Positions 12,960-27,189 of a stretch of DNA of 64,000 nt are shown here, piece by piece; positions within the stretch are counted from its first letter, which is position 1, and each line of letters begins with the position of its first letter. The position numbers were made by a program, and so were the translations under genes. The notes beneath the pieces were generated by a model. That model searched no databases. It was not told where the DNA came from and saw only the letters and a list, made by a program, of their open reading frames with translations. The DNA is from Octopus sinensis. Its lineage: Eukaryota. The stretch spans positions 60,140,001-60,204,000 of the forward strand of contig NC_043010.1 in NCBI RefSeq assembly GCF_006345805.1, in the 5' to 3' direction.

Positions 12960-14489
12960 GTGAATACATTTAATTTACTTATGCTATGATAAGTTCTAGG
13001 CTTCACTATTAAAATCATTAAAATTATTAACTACCTCTTAAAAATAGGAAATTATTATTTGCTCCTGTTCATATGCACAAGCACATTCAATGCCTTCTCT
13101 CTCATTAAATATCACCCTAAAAAGCACACACTTTTATGATTACTACTTATCAACACATTGTGCACATGTGTACGTGTAAATGTATGAATAACAGATGTCA
13201 TATTCCTCCATCAGACAAATGTAATTTCCACTGTCAACATTATCAGTTTGGGAACTAAATTATTTCATAAATACTAGTTTTAAATATGTTAGTGTTTGTT
13301 ATTGCCTCTCTTCATTGTTGTAGTGAATATAACAGTTTGGTAGATGGCTTCTGTGTTGCAATTCAAAATGCTTTGTACTCAGTTGTAATTAAACCTTCAG
13401 AATTTATATTTCAAACATTTTAGAATCAGTCATATTTGCTTTATCATTTTAATTTAACCTACTAATAAAACTAAAACTACAATTGCCCCTTAACTGTGGC
13501 TGGCCTGGTGCTGATTATTCTGATCCAATTTAGAAGTTATTTTAAATAACATCAATTAAAATTGTCTTCCTTGAATAGTTTAACTAGAATAAAGCTTTCA
13601 TCCAAAGAACAGCTTAATATTTTCTTTTTAATTACTAAATACATGATCCTTAGCCTTTTTATTCCTTTCTATTTCTTTTCTTGTTTTCATCTACTTTGCA
13701 CTGCTCAATCTATGTATTCCAGTTTATTGACATTGAGTCAAATACAAAACAGCCACAAGTTTACACTTTAGTTTTCAGAAAATTGTCCCTTATGCTTACT
13801 CACCATTCATCAGGCCAATGATGTGAACTCTTTTGGAAATATATTTGCATTAGATGAAGAAATTATGCTTGATTTACAAAGACAATTTTCTTTCTCCTGA
13901 CTAATTGCATTTTACATTCTACCTAAAGTTAATCAGATATCTCCCTTATGCTAGTGAATAACTGTCATCAGAATTTATTCATGCCATTTCAAATTTAACC
14001 CAGTATGCATGCTAGAAAAACAAAAAATCAACCCAAATTTTTACATGTCTTAAGTCGGAACCTAACTAACTTGACTACATGGTATCATTAAATATCACCA
14101 TGTTATTGATCTCAAGGAATCAAACCCACAAAATTGAGTAGCCTCTATTCACAAACCATCACAAACAAACTATCACATTCTTAGCAAGTGCTTTTGTGAT
14201 GCATCAAAGAAACTAAGTTACTTTTTCAGAGCTAGCTAACTTTACACAAAATTTGAATTCACCTTGCACTGGCTACAGCTCATATATCTAAGACAAGCCA
14301 ATAGCCTTATCATACGCATGTTAGATCATATCCCAAGTAAGGATTTCTGTCTAAACAGTAAGCTTTCAATCAACACTATACTATCTGCAACCAGCCTACA
14401 ACTAGTATTCTCCTCCTATCTCTTACACCACTATCACAGACAGGCTACAGCAAATATTCTGCTCAATACCACAGATTTGCTTGTCAGTT

Positions 14490-14760
14490 GCTTGACCTTA
14501 ACCAGTTGAGCATGTCCCTTAGTGCATCTTTGATCATGAGCAGAAGTAGTGGGGGAGCATCATAGCCATGTGTTGAGATGAATTTTTTGTGGCTTGAATG
14601 AATAATTTGCCTCTGAAAACGTGGATGTTTTGTTCATCATCCTTAAGTAACCCTCATTCAGGGACCTTAAGAGCAGGATGAGCTGCTCAACCCAAGGAAA
14701 ATTCTAACAAGACCCCACCTACAAGGTGATGCGCTGTTTGTATTGATACAACATCATCAT
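14490..14760. repeat. Interspersed repeat copy (SINE-like, family not assigned)
   Basis: GC-richer island ccagttgagcatgtccctt...gagcagaagtagtgggggagcatcatagcc ending in catcatcat; recognised from recall only. Confidence 0.4.
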
Positions 14761-14789
14761 GTCATGCACTTAAGATTATGTTGCATGCA

Positions 14790-17700
14790 CCTGGAGTACC
14801 CTTATCAGATGGGCAGTGATGATGGATATATTGAGTTTTGTATATTTGTACCCAAGTGCCACTTTGATGGCATGCACTGCTCTCTCCCTCAATCATAATA
14901 GTAATGATTAAAGACTGGAGGAAGAGGATACAAATGAAATTGGAAAAGACATGGAAAAAACTGGAGCAATTAAATAGGATAATGAGAAAGAAACAGCCCA
15001 ATAAGACAAAAGTGAGAACTTAGAAGAGGCCAGAAAGACAAAACAAAATGCAGAGTGGTAAATGGAGAGGCAACCTGGAACTGCGGCAAAACGAAAGAAT
15101 GTCAGAATTGAACTCAATGGGACTGAAGTTGTAGAAAATATCAAATTGGAAAGGATCAGAGCACATCCTAATGAATACCTGCAGCAGGAATGTGTCTCTA
15201 GTTGGATGATAAGTGGACGAATGTTATGTTTTAAGGATCCTTTGAAAAGTAAATTGGTGCCAAATTTTCAAGTTATAATCTGTTCACCACTTACATGGAA
15301 TCTTATGATTAGTGTCTTGGTGGAAAAGTTGTATCATTATCTGGAAAGTAACAGTTTACTTCCAGAAGAACAGGTGGGGGTAAAGGAGGTGAAGTAGGGC
15401 AACTAAAGACCAGTTGTTAGTGGATTAAATGGTAATTAGAAACTGCAGATGCAGATTAATGGGACTGGATGTAGTAGAGTTGGATTATAAAAAGAAGCAT
15501 ATGACATGATATCACACAGTTGGGTAAGTAAAACAATGAGCATGTTTGGTGTGATAGAAAATAGGAAGCAAATGGTCATTGAAAGTGTGAAACATTGGAA
15601 TACTGAATTGTTTGGAGGAAAGGTGAACAGTAGACATGACATATACCAAGGTGATAGCTTATCTCCGTTACTATTTGTATTGGCTGTAGTATCACACAGT
15701 TTGATATGATGGACAGGTGAAAAAGCTTATGATTTAGGAAAAGAGTGTGGTCAGATAAATCATCTCCTCTTCATAGATTATATAAAGCTTTATACAAAAA
15801 TGAGAAGTGGCTGGAAAGTCTTGTACATATTGTTCACATTTCTCAAATGAAGTAGGAATGGAATTGAAGATCAAAAATAGCACTATATTGATAATGAAAT
15901 GTGGAAAACTTGAAGGAAGTCGAGAAATTGAGATGCCAAAGGGGCCAACAATGAAATTAACTGAGAAAGGACAAAGGTATAAGTATTTAGGAATACTGGA
16001 GGCAGATGAAATAAAACATGAAGAGATGAAACAAATTACAAGTAGGGAGTGTAGAAAGGGAGTGAGGAAAATATTACAATCAAGGTTGGATTCAAGAAAT
16101 GCTATTCATCATCATCATCATCGTTTAACATCTGCCTGCCATGCGAGCATGAGTGGGACAGTTTCACAAGAGCCAGCCAGGCAGAAGCCTGCACCAGACT
16201 TCTGTTACTGCTTTGGCAGGATTTTTACAGCTGGATGCCCCTCCTAACACCAACCCCTCAGTAGAGTGGACTTGGTGCTTTTTACATGGCATAAGCAGAC
16301 GAGGTCAGTTTTAGAAAGGTTTTTACAGCTTGAAGGCTTTTCTGAACACCAGCCACTTTACAATGTAGACTGGGTGCTTTTAAGTGGCACCTGCACTGAC
16401 AGGGTCACTGAGTACTTGCAAGACAAAAAAAAAGAAAAAAACTTTCAAGAGGGGAGAAGGCATTGGAGAAGGTGATCTTTTGTTAGATGATGAAAAGTTA
16501 TAGAGAGACAGAGAGACAGAAACAGGTGTCTTGCTGTAGAGGAAGTACAAGGCTACCCAGCAGGAGAGAGAGAAGAATGAAGGCAGAAACAGGTGCGCTA
16601 CCACAAAGGAAATACATGGTTACCCAACCTGAGGCAAGTGCAGGAGACAGAGAGAGAGAGAGAGAGTGTGTGAGAAAGCAGGAACATAAATGGGATGGTT
16701 GAGTAAAGGAAGAGGAAGTGATAAATTGAAGAGTAATGCCTGTTAACAGATATGGAGCTGGAATTGTAGATTGGACAAAAGGCAAACGTGCAGAAACTTA
16801 ACAGGAAAATTAGAAAATTGTTGACTATGTATGGAGCCTACCACCCAGAAGTTGGTACCAACTGGTTGTACTTGAAGAGAGATCAGGGTGGAAGAGACTT
16901 AATTGGTGTGGAAGAGTGTGTGCTGGTGGAATGAAACAGCTTAGTAGGTTTTTTACAGAACAGCACAGAAAAGTTACTGAAGGTAACAGGTGAGCAATAC
17001 TGGACAAGTGAAAAGGACAGGAACGGAATTTGAACAGAACACATTAAAGAGATTGATAAGAAATCTTTGCATGGTCAATTTTGGAAAGCCTTTGAGGATG
17101 TATGTGGAACAATATTTGGGCTTAGTTGAAAAAGGGATGACTGAAAAAAAAAAGCAGGACAGCTCAAGATCAAGTAATGCAAACAAACAACTTGAGAAAA
17201 TATGTATATGGGGAGAAGGTGTCAACAAAATGTAGAATATGAGGAATTTGGGATGAAATGATGGCAGACATTGTTGCAGAATGCTTTGAGTTGACCCAGG
17301 GAGAATATAAGAAACGAAGGTACGATCAAGTTGTGAAAGTTTTACACTGGAAGCTTTGTCAGAAAAGAGTCAGAAGTACATGATACAATCATTGAGTAGA
17401 AAGTTGAGTCAAGAACATGCATGATTTTGCAGGATCTTCAAATTCAAACAGATGAAAAGATTGAACATAACAAGCCAGATACTACAATAATAGACAAGGA
17501 AAATTGAATTTTCTTATTGATTCATCCATCATGTCCATTAGATATCAGTATTATAAAAAAAAGCAGATGCAAAGTTGAAAAAATACAACCCCTTAGAACT
17601 TGAGATTCCAAGGCTTTGGAACATAAATGTGTTAAAGTTGTACCAATGATAATTGGTGCATTAAGGCCTGTGAGTGGTGACATAGACAAATGGATAAAGG

Positions 17701-17897
17701 AGATTGGAATGGAATGCCCTGTAGAGCTTCTACAGATGGTTTGCCTCTGAGGAACAGGAAAGATCATCAGAAGGGTTTTGAGCACTTGATGGCTTATTGA
17801 AATCATAGAGGTAGCTAAGGTTATGGGGAGTAACTCACTACCCACATAAATTCTACAAGGTATAAGATCAACCCTGAATCAAGTCGAATAATAATAA
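14790..17897 (+). mobile_element. Degenerate R4/Dong-like non-LTR retrotransposon (RT, CCHC knuckle, restriction-like endonuclease)
   Basis: IYQGDSLSPLLFVLAV, NHLLFIDYIKLY, YKYLGILEAD, knuckle-like KCRI*G..DEMMADIVAEC..EYKKRRYDQVVKVLHWKLC, PDTTIIDK and VPMIIGAL; ends in (TAA)n at about 17888-17897. Interrupted by a SINE at about 16105-16740. Confidence 0.85.
16105..16740 (-). mobile_element. RTE-tailed SINE inserted in the Dong-like element
   Basis: (CAT)n-cgtttaac..ccatgc..gcatg.gt tail signature shared with the RTE 3' ends, followed by a GA-rich body. Confidence 0.7.
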
Positions 17898-18699
17898 CCA
17901 CTTCCTTTAGATACTTAGTACATTCGTCATTTGAAATATCCTGTTTAAGAAAGCTTGTAATTTCATAAAAATATCAGCAAAAAATAACAATTATGTTTCA
18001 TGAAAAAATATTAATCTTTTAAAGAGATAAATTTTACTTTTGAAGATACTAGTGACAAAAAATCAGTACTGAATAAGATCCATTTATTATGATTGTTACT
18101 TTATTAGTTTACTGACCATTGTGTATGTTTGTTTGCATGAGAAAAATTACTGCAGAAATAGTACAATTGAATTTCTAGGTTATATATTGTCCTTCAGACA
18201 CATACATAACCCAGGGTTAGTAATCAATGTAACAATTTTTATTATGACCACATTATTTTGTAGATTATAAAAGGGGACTTCAACAACCTAAACAGGAAAA
18301 CTCAGGATTGAAACAACATTTTTCTAACCAGGTATATTTAATGGAGAGACAAAGATTAACATCCCCACAGTCCCAAGTTATTAATTTGGTAGGTTGAACA
18401 TCACAAACTAAAAGTGATGTTGATTTTTTTTTTTCTTTGACTGCTTGAAATAAATAAATCTAAGTGATTTGATATATTAACGTTTAAACTTCTGATTATC
18501 AGGCAGCAATTTATTTGTAAATATTTGTATGAATAAGAAAGGCAATGGAAACTGATTATTTGTTTAATGAATAAAATATGAAATAAGTGAAAATGAAAAA
18601 AAAAAAAATCACATTTCCAGGTTCAAAGAATTTCAAAATGCTGGCAATAGAAAGGTTTTGTTTAAAGCAGTTTATCAAGTTATTTTTTGTTTATTATAC

Positions 18700-19000
18700 A
18701 TTAAAATTTGTCAGATATTTTCCTTGTTGCTCTACTTTTCAAGGCTCCTAACTCTTCCAAATTCTGCACATTGACTCCCATACAAATGTTGATATCTGTA
18801 CAAATATTTATAACTTTGAAATCACTCCAAGATTGTTATTCTTCAGTTCTTCATATTAAAGTTTATATAATATCGTTATCCTTAGAATTTGTTACCTCCA
18901 CTTAAATCATCTTCTATGTAATTATATCCACCTTATTACTCCTCTTTCAGATAGTTCTCTAAATTTTGCTTGAACATTTCTCTTAAACCTTTTCATTATT
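18700..19000 (-). mobile_element. Very old CR1-like LINE remnant
   Basis: NNLGVIS (cf. KDLGVI) and LEELGALKSRATRKI (cf. LEKVQRRATKII) in shifted frames. Confidence 0.4.
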
Positions 19001-21764
19001 ATTTATATTTAAATTTCACTTTCTGTACAGTCCATCAGATTCAGTCTTAACCCATCCTATTAACCTTCTGTTTTTGGTAGCTAAACCTTGACTACTACTA
19101 TTGTATCCTCCTTAATCTTTATAACTGATTATATACCCCGATATTTAATATTTTAAACAAAATATAATTAAATCCAGTTTTTAGATATGCAGAGGTTCAC
19201 ACCTCATTCACATATAATTACTCATATTTTGATAAGGTTCCCATTTTCTTTTGAAATATAAAATAGTTAAATGTTAAATTTTCTGAAGATTAAGAATTTG
19301 GTTTAAAAAATCTTAATGTGTGTGTGGGGGGCACGTGTGTGCATATGTGCATATATGTTTGCACAAATACATTCGTGTATGCATTATGTCTGGTAACCGT
19401 TGAACTTAAGTTAACTTAACAAAAGGGAATGCTTGCAATAGAATGGGTTGTTAAAGGAACCTAAGAGTCAGTCAGAGTGCTAAACGAGGAGATGAATTGA
19501 ATTAATGAAATCTACCACAATAATTGAGGACCCCACTTTCGGGAATATTGAAAAAAAAAAAAGACAAAAAATAAGGAACATGCATGCCGAGAGAAAGGGA
19601 AGGAAGAGATGATGATGATGATGATGATGGTGGTGGTGGCAGTTTAAAACTTGAACAACATACCCATTCAGATAAACAATTAGTTGCATAACTCTTCTGG
19701 AATGAATAAGAAGGGTTTTGCAACAAATCTGAATAATGTTGGACATGCCTGACAATGCAAAATAGTCTCAGATATATTAGAAAATAGCAGGGGGTGGGGG
19801 TCACACGAAGCTCTTTTAGCTTTGAGTCTGTTCATGACTGACTTGGGACTAAACAACAATAACAACAATGGAACAAATAAAAAAAAGTTCAAAATTAGAA
19901 AATTAAAATACAATGAAGAACCTGACCTTGGAAGTTCCGTTTTTAAATACAGAACTCCTAAATGTGACAATATAGAGATAGCAACAATAACCGATGTGTA
20001 TGCTTATGCCCTGATGGTATTAAAAATGGTGACGCACTAATGGTACTGTGTTTATAGTAATGTGATTCTAGACCACTCAAGTAAGGCCCATATATCAAAC
20101 AAGTTCCATTATAATAACCATAGATATCGACATAAATTAGACATTGTAAATAACTGAAGACTTGCCTTCCACCAAAATCTTCACATAAAAAAAAAAGTAG
20201 CAAACTAGTAAATAACAGTGTTTTCCATTACCTTGTGTCTGTATATATATGTATGATCCAACAATGGAGATCTCAATGAGGTAGTCTATAAGTCAGAAGG
20301 AGGCACTTAGAATGAACCTTGACATGGTAGAACTAGCAGCCAAACCAGTGAAGCTACTTATGTATATAGACATATATGTATGAGTAAATAAGAAACATCT
20401 CTACATGGAAGCCAAAAATTAGATTGAAATAACTGTGACATTTTCCTGGAACAACATCTAATGTCTGTATGTGCAGAACCTTACAAAGATGACAGGAAAC
20501 CATGATAATTGGCGAGATATGCTGCTTAAGTAAAACTTTCCCTCTGATGCAAGAAGGGTAGTGAAGATGGCTGGGGTGCTCCCTTGACATTTGTCTTCTG
20601 CTCTCCACCGCTTCAATGGTTCCCTCCTGCTTTTCTTTTACTGCTCTTTGCTGCATTCATCCACTTGCACCTGCACTCTTACGTTCCATTGTTGCACTGA
20701 ACATCTCCCCATTGCTTCAACACCCAATCCTACCCCTTTCTTTGGCCCACTCCCTTCAATTGCACAACTCCTCTTATCTCTCTTTCATTGATCCTCTCCC
20801 CACAGTGTTTCTGGCTTTTTTATCACTCGTCTCTATCTTTCTGTCTTTCACTCACTCCCAACACCCACACCTTCCTTTCCACATTCATTCTTATACCATG
20901 GACAGCACTGGAACCCTTTCACACAATTATGTTAAGACAACCCATTAGATCTTGCTGAGCCATCCAACCCATGCCAGCATGAAAAGCAGATGTAAAAATG
21001 ATGATGATACATGCGCACATTCATTCACACACACACACACACACGTGATAATGTAGTAGGATCAATTGATCATGGTAAAAGCAGTTGATTAGCCTCTAGC
21101 AAAAATAAGGCTTGTATAAAGAACACAAATGAATTGATAATTGATCAATAAAGTTTATTAATCACCGCATCTAATACACTTCATTCCATATCAAGATTAG
21201 ACAGAAATTCCATCAAGATGACAGATGCTATAGAAATCCAGTTCAAAAGCAACATATATAGCTTTTTATATGATAATCAAATCAATTAATGAAAGGAATG
21301 GAAGTACTTAAACATTACAGCTGTTTCAAAAGAGGCACTGGGTGCATGTTATGTAACATTACAAATGTTTCATTGCTGTCAGCTGTCCTTTCCTCCTTAT
21401 TGGGTGCATTTACATTATATATGTACAAATGTGTGTGTGTCTGTGTTCATTCGTATGTATGTATGTATGTATGTATGTATATGTCTATATCATTTGAACG
21501 CCCACTTACCATACTTTCATGAGTTGGATAGAGTTTGTTCCAGTAGAATTTCTATAGCCTAAAGCCATCCCTGTTTCCAAACAAGGTAATATTTTTCCAT
21601 AAGGTGGACATGTTTTCATGGAAGATTGGAAATGAATGGCATTGCTCTTACACTGGTCACACTGATTTACAACCATTAATGCTATGTCAAGATAAAGAGA
21701 TGAAAAATACACACTACACACACATGTGCAACATACACACATCTATGTACAATGAGGGTTTTTT

Positions 21765-21915
21765 TTCAGTTTCTGTCTACGAAATCCATTCACAAAATTG
21801 TGTTTGGCTCAAGGTTATGATAGAAAAGATATGTTTAATGTTCTATGCTATGGGACTAAACCCAAAACCATGTGCATGGGATGTGAACTTCTTAACCACA
21901 CAGCCATGCCAACAC
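21765..21915 (-). mobile_element. Partial tRNA-derived SINE (50.2/62.1/63.2 kb family)
   Basis: ttttcagtttctgtctac.aaatccattcacaa...ggactaaaccc..aaccatgtg...cttaaccacacagcca. Confidence 0.7.
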
Positions 21916-22504
21916 CTTCTCGTATATCTTTGATTTGAAATGTTAGTACCTTTGAAATATTATAAATGATCACTCTACAGTTCATGAAAGGAAATCTTCA
22001 GCCTGCAATTGATAATACTTAATTTGATATGCATAGGACCAAAAGTGTTTTGATCTTTGGATATTTTTGAATTTTAAAATGATTGCATATTTTCTTCAAT
22101 ACAATTGGATAGTTCCAAAATGGGACCCAAGTCATAGAACACCGTCCATTTGCTTTTCATAACACAGCTTATACATACAATGTGAAGAAAGTTTTTTTAT
22201 ACAAATTTGATGATTGTCCAGTTTCACACAATATGTAGCAGTTTCCTCTTGAGAAAGTTTCACTTTGCACTCTAACAAATCTGCCTATTACACTTTTGCT
22301 TCAGGTTGTCAGCCATACAAAACAGCTACATGTCACATTAAATTTTTATTCTTTCATTGTGTGTCCATCCACAGCACAAAACTCTACTTCTTTAAAAACT
22401 TTTCAAATGTATATTGAAATAACTTAGATGGAGTTGCTTACTCTTTCTTTTTGAAATAGTATTTTTACATAAATAATATCAAAATAAATCTCATCTTCTT
22501 TGCC

Positions 22505-23630
22505 CATTTAATCCTGGTAGGGTCGCTGGGACAGAGTCCTCAAGCATGCCTTCCATCATGTCCCCTCAAAAGCAATTGTCCCCAATTGATTGGCTGGATT
22601 CCCAAGTGAGACCAACCAAGCTCATGAATGTCATCCAATCATTAAGTTTGTTCTCTACCCCTGGGGGGTCTCTTGCTGTTTGGTTTTGCCCATAATACTT
22701 ATTCAGAAATGCATTCCAGAGTAATTTTTACATGTTGTAACATCAAAGCTGTGACCTTTCAATTCAGATAAGTGGTGGCTCTATCTGGAGTGGCTCTCTG
22801 ATCTCCAAGCTATGCACTTTATTGATTACTGTTACTTCAACAACCCTTTGTTGGGTGGAAATCCCCATCTTGCTTCTATATGCAATCGTAGTCTTTCAGG
22901 CATTACCCAAGATTCATGACCAAAGGTAGGGGTAGGTACAAATACCGAATTGAAGATAGCGAGTTTGATTTTTACATCTAAATCCCATCTTCTGATGACC
23001 GAATGTTGAACTGGCACCATTACTGCACCTAATTCGTCCTCCTGTCTTCCATCATTCATGAAGATGACCCCAAGACACTTGAACTTCCCCACCTGCTTCA
23101 GTGCAACTCCACTCACATGTAAGAGTACATTAAGCAGGCTTCTTTGAGAAGATGAGTGTCTCAGTCTTGAGAATATTAATGTTCATTCCTGCTGAGCAGC
23201 ACTTGGTAGGAAACTTCTAATGTGCACATTGGCAACCACCTCCCAATGAACTGAGTGGTACCATGCATCTGCAAATTCTAGCCACCTGATCCTACATCTG
23301 CCAGTCTTGATACTGATTCCAACCTGGCTGTGCATGTCAATCCTGTCCATAAAGATTATGAACAGGGGAGGTGACAGTACACACCCTTAGCAGAGTCCAA
23401 CATCCATATAGAATGATTACAACTTGGCAACATTTATCCAAACACAAATACTAGGACATATATGTAGGAACTTGAAGACGACAAGAAGCAGTCCCTCAAT
23501 CCCATCCTCCTGCAGAACCTTCCACAACAAGTCCTGTGGAATGCAGTTGTATGCCCTTTTGAGGTCAACAAAGCAAGCGTACACCTCTTGACAATACAAC
23601 CATGGTTTCTTGAAAACATACTGCAGTGTG
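22505..23630 (-). mobile_element. RTE-clade LINE RT fragment
   Basis: ACFVDLKRAYNCIPQDLLWKVLQEDGI, QVGKFKCLGVIFMNDGRQEDEL and IFNSVFVPTPTFGHESW. Confidence 0.85.
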
Positions 23631-24254
23631 AATATTTAGTTGACTAAGCTAAATCAATGATGAAATAACTTTTAAACATTTGTAAGATAAAAAGTTGTAA
23701 AAGTAAGTGAATTATTTTAATGCAACATTTTGTACTGCTTGATATTGGTTCATAAAAATTGAAAAAGAGTGGTGACTCGACCAATAGAGATAGCTTCCAA
23801 ATCTCCTTGAACAAAGAGTAAATATCAAGTCACTTAGCTCCCTCCATACTTTTTACTTTCACAATCATAAGATGGAAATAGATTTATTAAGGATATATTA
23901 ACAATCTTGGATACAATGCTTTGCAAGAGACCAGCATTTCGTGAAGAACTGTAACGCTGCTGTTGCCTCCATGTTGTTTCATTCTGGACCAACCAACCAA
24001 CCAACCAGCTGTCTGTACTGGAAGAAGACTTAATTTAGCCAACATAGGTACCTTTATGCAGCACCGGCATGAATGCTTTTTTAACCAGCACCTGAAAGGA
24101 CAAGCCTGTATGTGTAGGTGGAAGGAAGGAAGGAAGGGAGGGAGGGAGGGAAGGACTTGCGGGCGCACGCGCAGAGAGAGAGAGAGAGAGAGAGAGGGAG
24201 AGGCATTTCAAGAGTCTTTCAGAAATTCTATTACTGATCTTCTCATTAGTCCAC

Positions 24255-24640
24255 AGGGATTCCTCAGCCTCAGAGCAGAGATGGCATCTCCTGGAAATTA
24301 TGTTGTATGGTTTTGCATACCTTACTATGGACCAAGTTATGCTGTACTTTATTTTATCCTCCTTCAGTTGCCATACAAAATCAGCCAAAGATGTTGAATA
24401 TCTTTTATTTATTGTCTTAAAGCTGGTTACATGGTTACAATAACAATCCTTAAATGAATCAGCCATCTGCCCAATGTAAACATACGACCCTCCCCTTGTA
24501 TGCATAGTACATTTATATACAAGATTTGTACTCATACAGAGATTCATCAATGGACATTTTGATTTTTCTCTGCATGAGCATTGATCATATTTATTTGTAT
24601 ATAAGGCAGCCCCGACTCCATTTACCGACGTTACCATGTT
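24255..24640 (-). mobile_element. Penelope-like GIY-YIG endonuclease fragment
   Basis: CSCREKSKCPLMNLCMSTNLVYKCT..YVYIGQMADSFKDCYCNHVTSFK..YSTSLADFVWQLK..YSITWSIVRYAKPYNIISRRCHLC. Confidence 0.85.
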
Positions 24641-25362
24641 AGCTGTATCATGAGTATTTCTACTATTATAATTTGGCCATAATTGGAGATTTTCACTGTG
24701 GTTTACATCTCCTTTGTTAATATTTAGATGCGTATGTTCGCTAGATCCAGTAGGTGGGTTATTGAAACTTTGTCATATTTTGCTCTTGTTCATGCCATGC
24801 ATAAGCTGCTCTAAATTGTTTCTTATTTCTGTATTTGTGCTTTTTGTACTGCCACTCATCACCTCCTTTTCCCTGGCCCCACTCCCATTTTCTTCACACC
24901 TCTCTCCCATCGACTATGATCCCCTCCCTTGTTTGCAGGTCATTGTATTACTTCCACCCTTACATTCTTAATCTCTAACCATCTGTCATTCACCTCACAC
25001 TCTTGTGAAAGTATCTCATCCTCTGTCACCCTATTCACATCACTCATTCCCCTCTCCCCTCCACCTTACATTCTCCCTCTTGTACCTTAAAGGTACATCC
25101 TAAATACTTCGTCACTTCCATCTTCCACCCTCCTTTTTCAACTGGGGTAGCAATCTTTCTATTCTACAGCAAAACACCTACCAGCACATGAATCAGTGAG
25201 TTAATAAAATAAAGCAAAAGGTTTTGCAATTGATAATGTATAAATGTGTAAAATTTTGTACCATAATAATATAAGTTAATAAAGAAAGTTTGTTATTTAT
25301 TGATGTATATATGACAGAAGGTAAACATTTTATCTTAATGTATTTATTTGTATCTTTTGCAG

Positions 25363-25436
25363 AATTCAACAGTTCCCACTTAACTATATCACCAGTTTCA
25401 CAGCAAAAACAACTTCACATGGATATTAGAAAATAA
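25363..25436 (+). CDS. Possible alternative terminal exon (E)FNSSHLTISPVSQQKQLHMDIRK*
   Basis: Acceptor tatttatttgtatcttttgcag|; open in phase 1, matching the 12959 donor. Confidence 0.25.
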
Positions 25437-27189
25437 TATAATTTTCACTAAATGCAAAAGCAATTTTAAACTGAAAAACCATTGTTCAATAACTGGATAG
25501 AATTGAATGTTTGAAGAACTTGTTTGAACATGCTATGCATTTTATATGAAATGAACCTCAGCTTTGGAAATTACACTTCTTCTAAATGCTATTTTTTCTG
25601 TTAAATTTCTATTTCTCAAATATTTATAGAAATGAAGTACAAAAACAAAATCTAAAAACAATTCTGTTTCTCTCCTGAAAGAAGACACGGAAACTGTTCG
25701 GCTTACAACTTATTGATAGACTATTTCAGCCTGGAGCTAAATGAATTCTGGCTCTTTCTGATATTCCATTGAGGTGCTTCAGTTAAAACATAAAGTTTAA
25801 AAAGAAGATTTTTGCACATCGTGACATCACACTGGAAACAACAAATGAAATTTAACATTTATGAAAAAACAAGAAGGTATATATATATAAAGAAAAAGGG
25901 AAAATATATAAACAAGAAGAAAAATAGGGAGACACATAGCCATGGTTACTTGAAACCTCAGTTCTAGTGTGTGCTTCAAGGTTGTGAAATGAACCGTCTG
26001 GTTAATTAATCCCTTCATCATCAGCTATGAATATGTTTAAATTTACATATCAATAAGAGAATTACATAACATTCACAGAAGATTCTTTTGCCTGAACATT
26101 TTAATAAAATATTAAATATCCCAACAATTAACTTCTCAGTCAGTGGAGCCAATATTAAAATATTATTTATACCATGTTTTTCATTTTATTTACCTATTTT
26201 TTAAGAACAAAACACTATCAAACTAAAGGGAAATTTATTGAAAATAACACTAACAAAGACTATCTTACATCTAAAAGTGTTATTAATTAGCTGATAAACA
26301 CATTTAACTTCGAAGTCAATTGAATGCATTAATCTCAATGATATTAATGTTGCAAATCATGCAAAATTTGTTCAAAAACGTTTATAATAAGTCAAAACAA
26401 ATAACAGCTTTCATCACTTAGTGCATCTATGAATTTGTGTGCAAGTGTGTATGCGTAGTAACCAAATATACTACAAAGTGACGTTGGCACCCAAGCAAGA
26501 TACTGATTATTGATTTTTCTTTTTTATCAGTGATAGCTCTTGTGCTTGTATAGATTGGACAAGAATTTCACATATTTTGAAAATTTCGCACGCTCACATA
26601 CAAGTAGATCTCACACAAACACACATCCATACTCTCACATTTATGTGCATCTGTGTATGAGTGACCCCATACATACATACAGATCATCATTTCTATTTTA
26701 GCATCCATTTTTCCATACTTGTATGGGTGTGAAAGAATTTGTTGAAGCAGAATCTAGTACGGCTATATGTCTTTTCTGTCACCTAACTTCACTTGTTTCC
26801 AAATAAGTAATATTTCCCCTTGGCTAGACACATTATCATGGAAGACAGGTTATAAATGACACTGCATGTATGGCAGTGCCACTCACAACCATCATATGAT
26901 GAGAACACAAAGAGATACACATATATATACACACACAATGCATATATATATATCATCAATCAGCAGCAGCAGTAACGTTTAACGTCCATTTTCCATCCTG
27001 GCATGGGCTGGATGGTTTGATAGGAATTGGCAAGGCTAGGGGCCCACACCAGGTTCCATAGTATGTTTTAGGTTTCGTTTTTACATATATAAGTTTGTAT
27101 GTATGCATGTATGTATGTAAGTGTGTGTGTGTGTGTGTGTGTGTATACATACACACACACACACATATATATATATATGTATGCATAGA

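Noticed and set aside
24225-24275. CUGAGGA-AUCC-CUGU-GGAC-UAAU on the minus strand as a hammerhead
   Set aside because: Three core mismatches and no stem I pairing.
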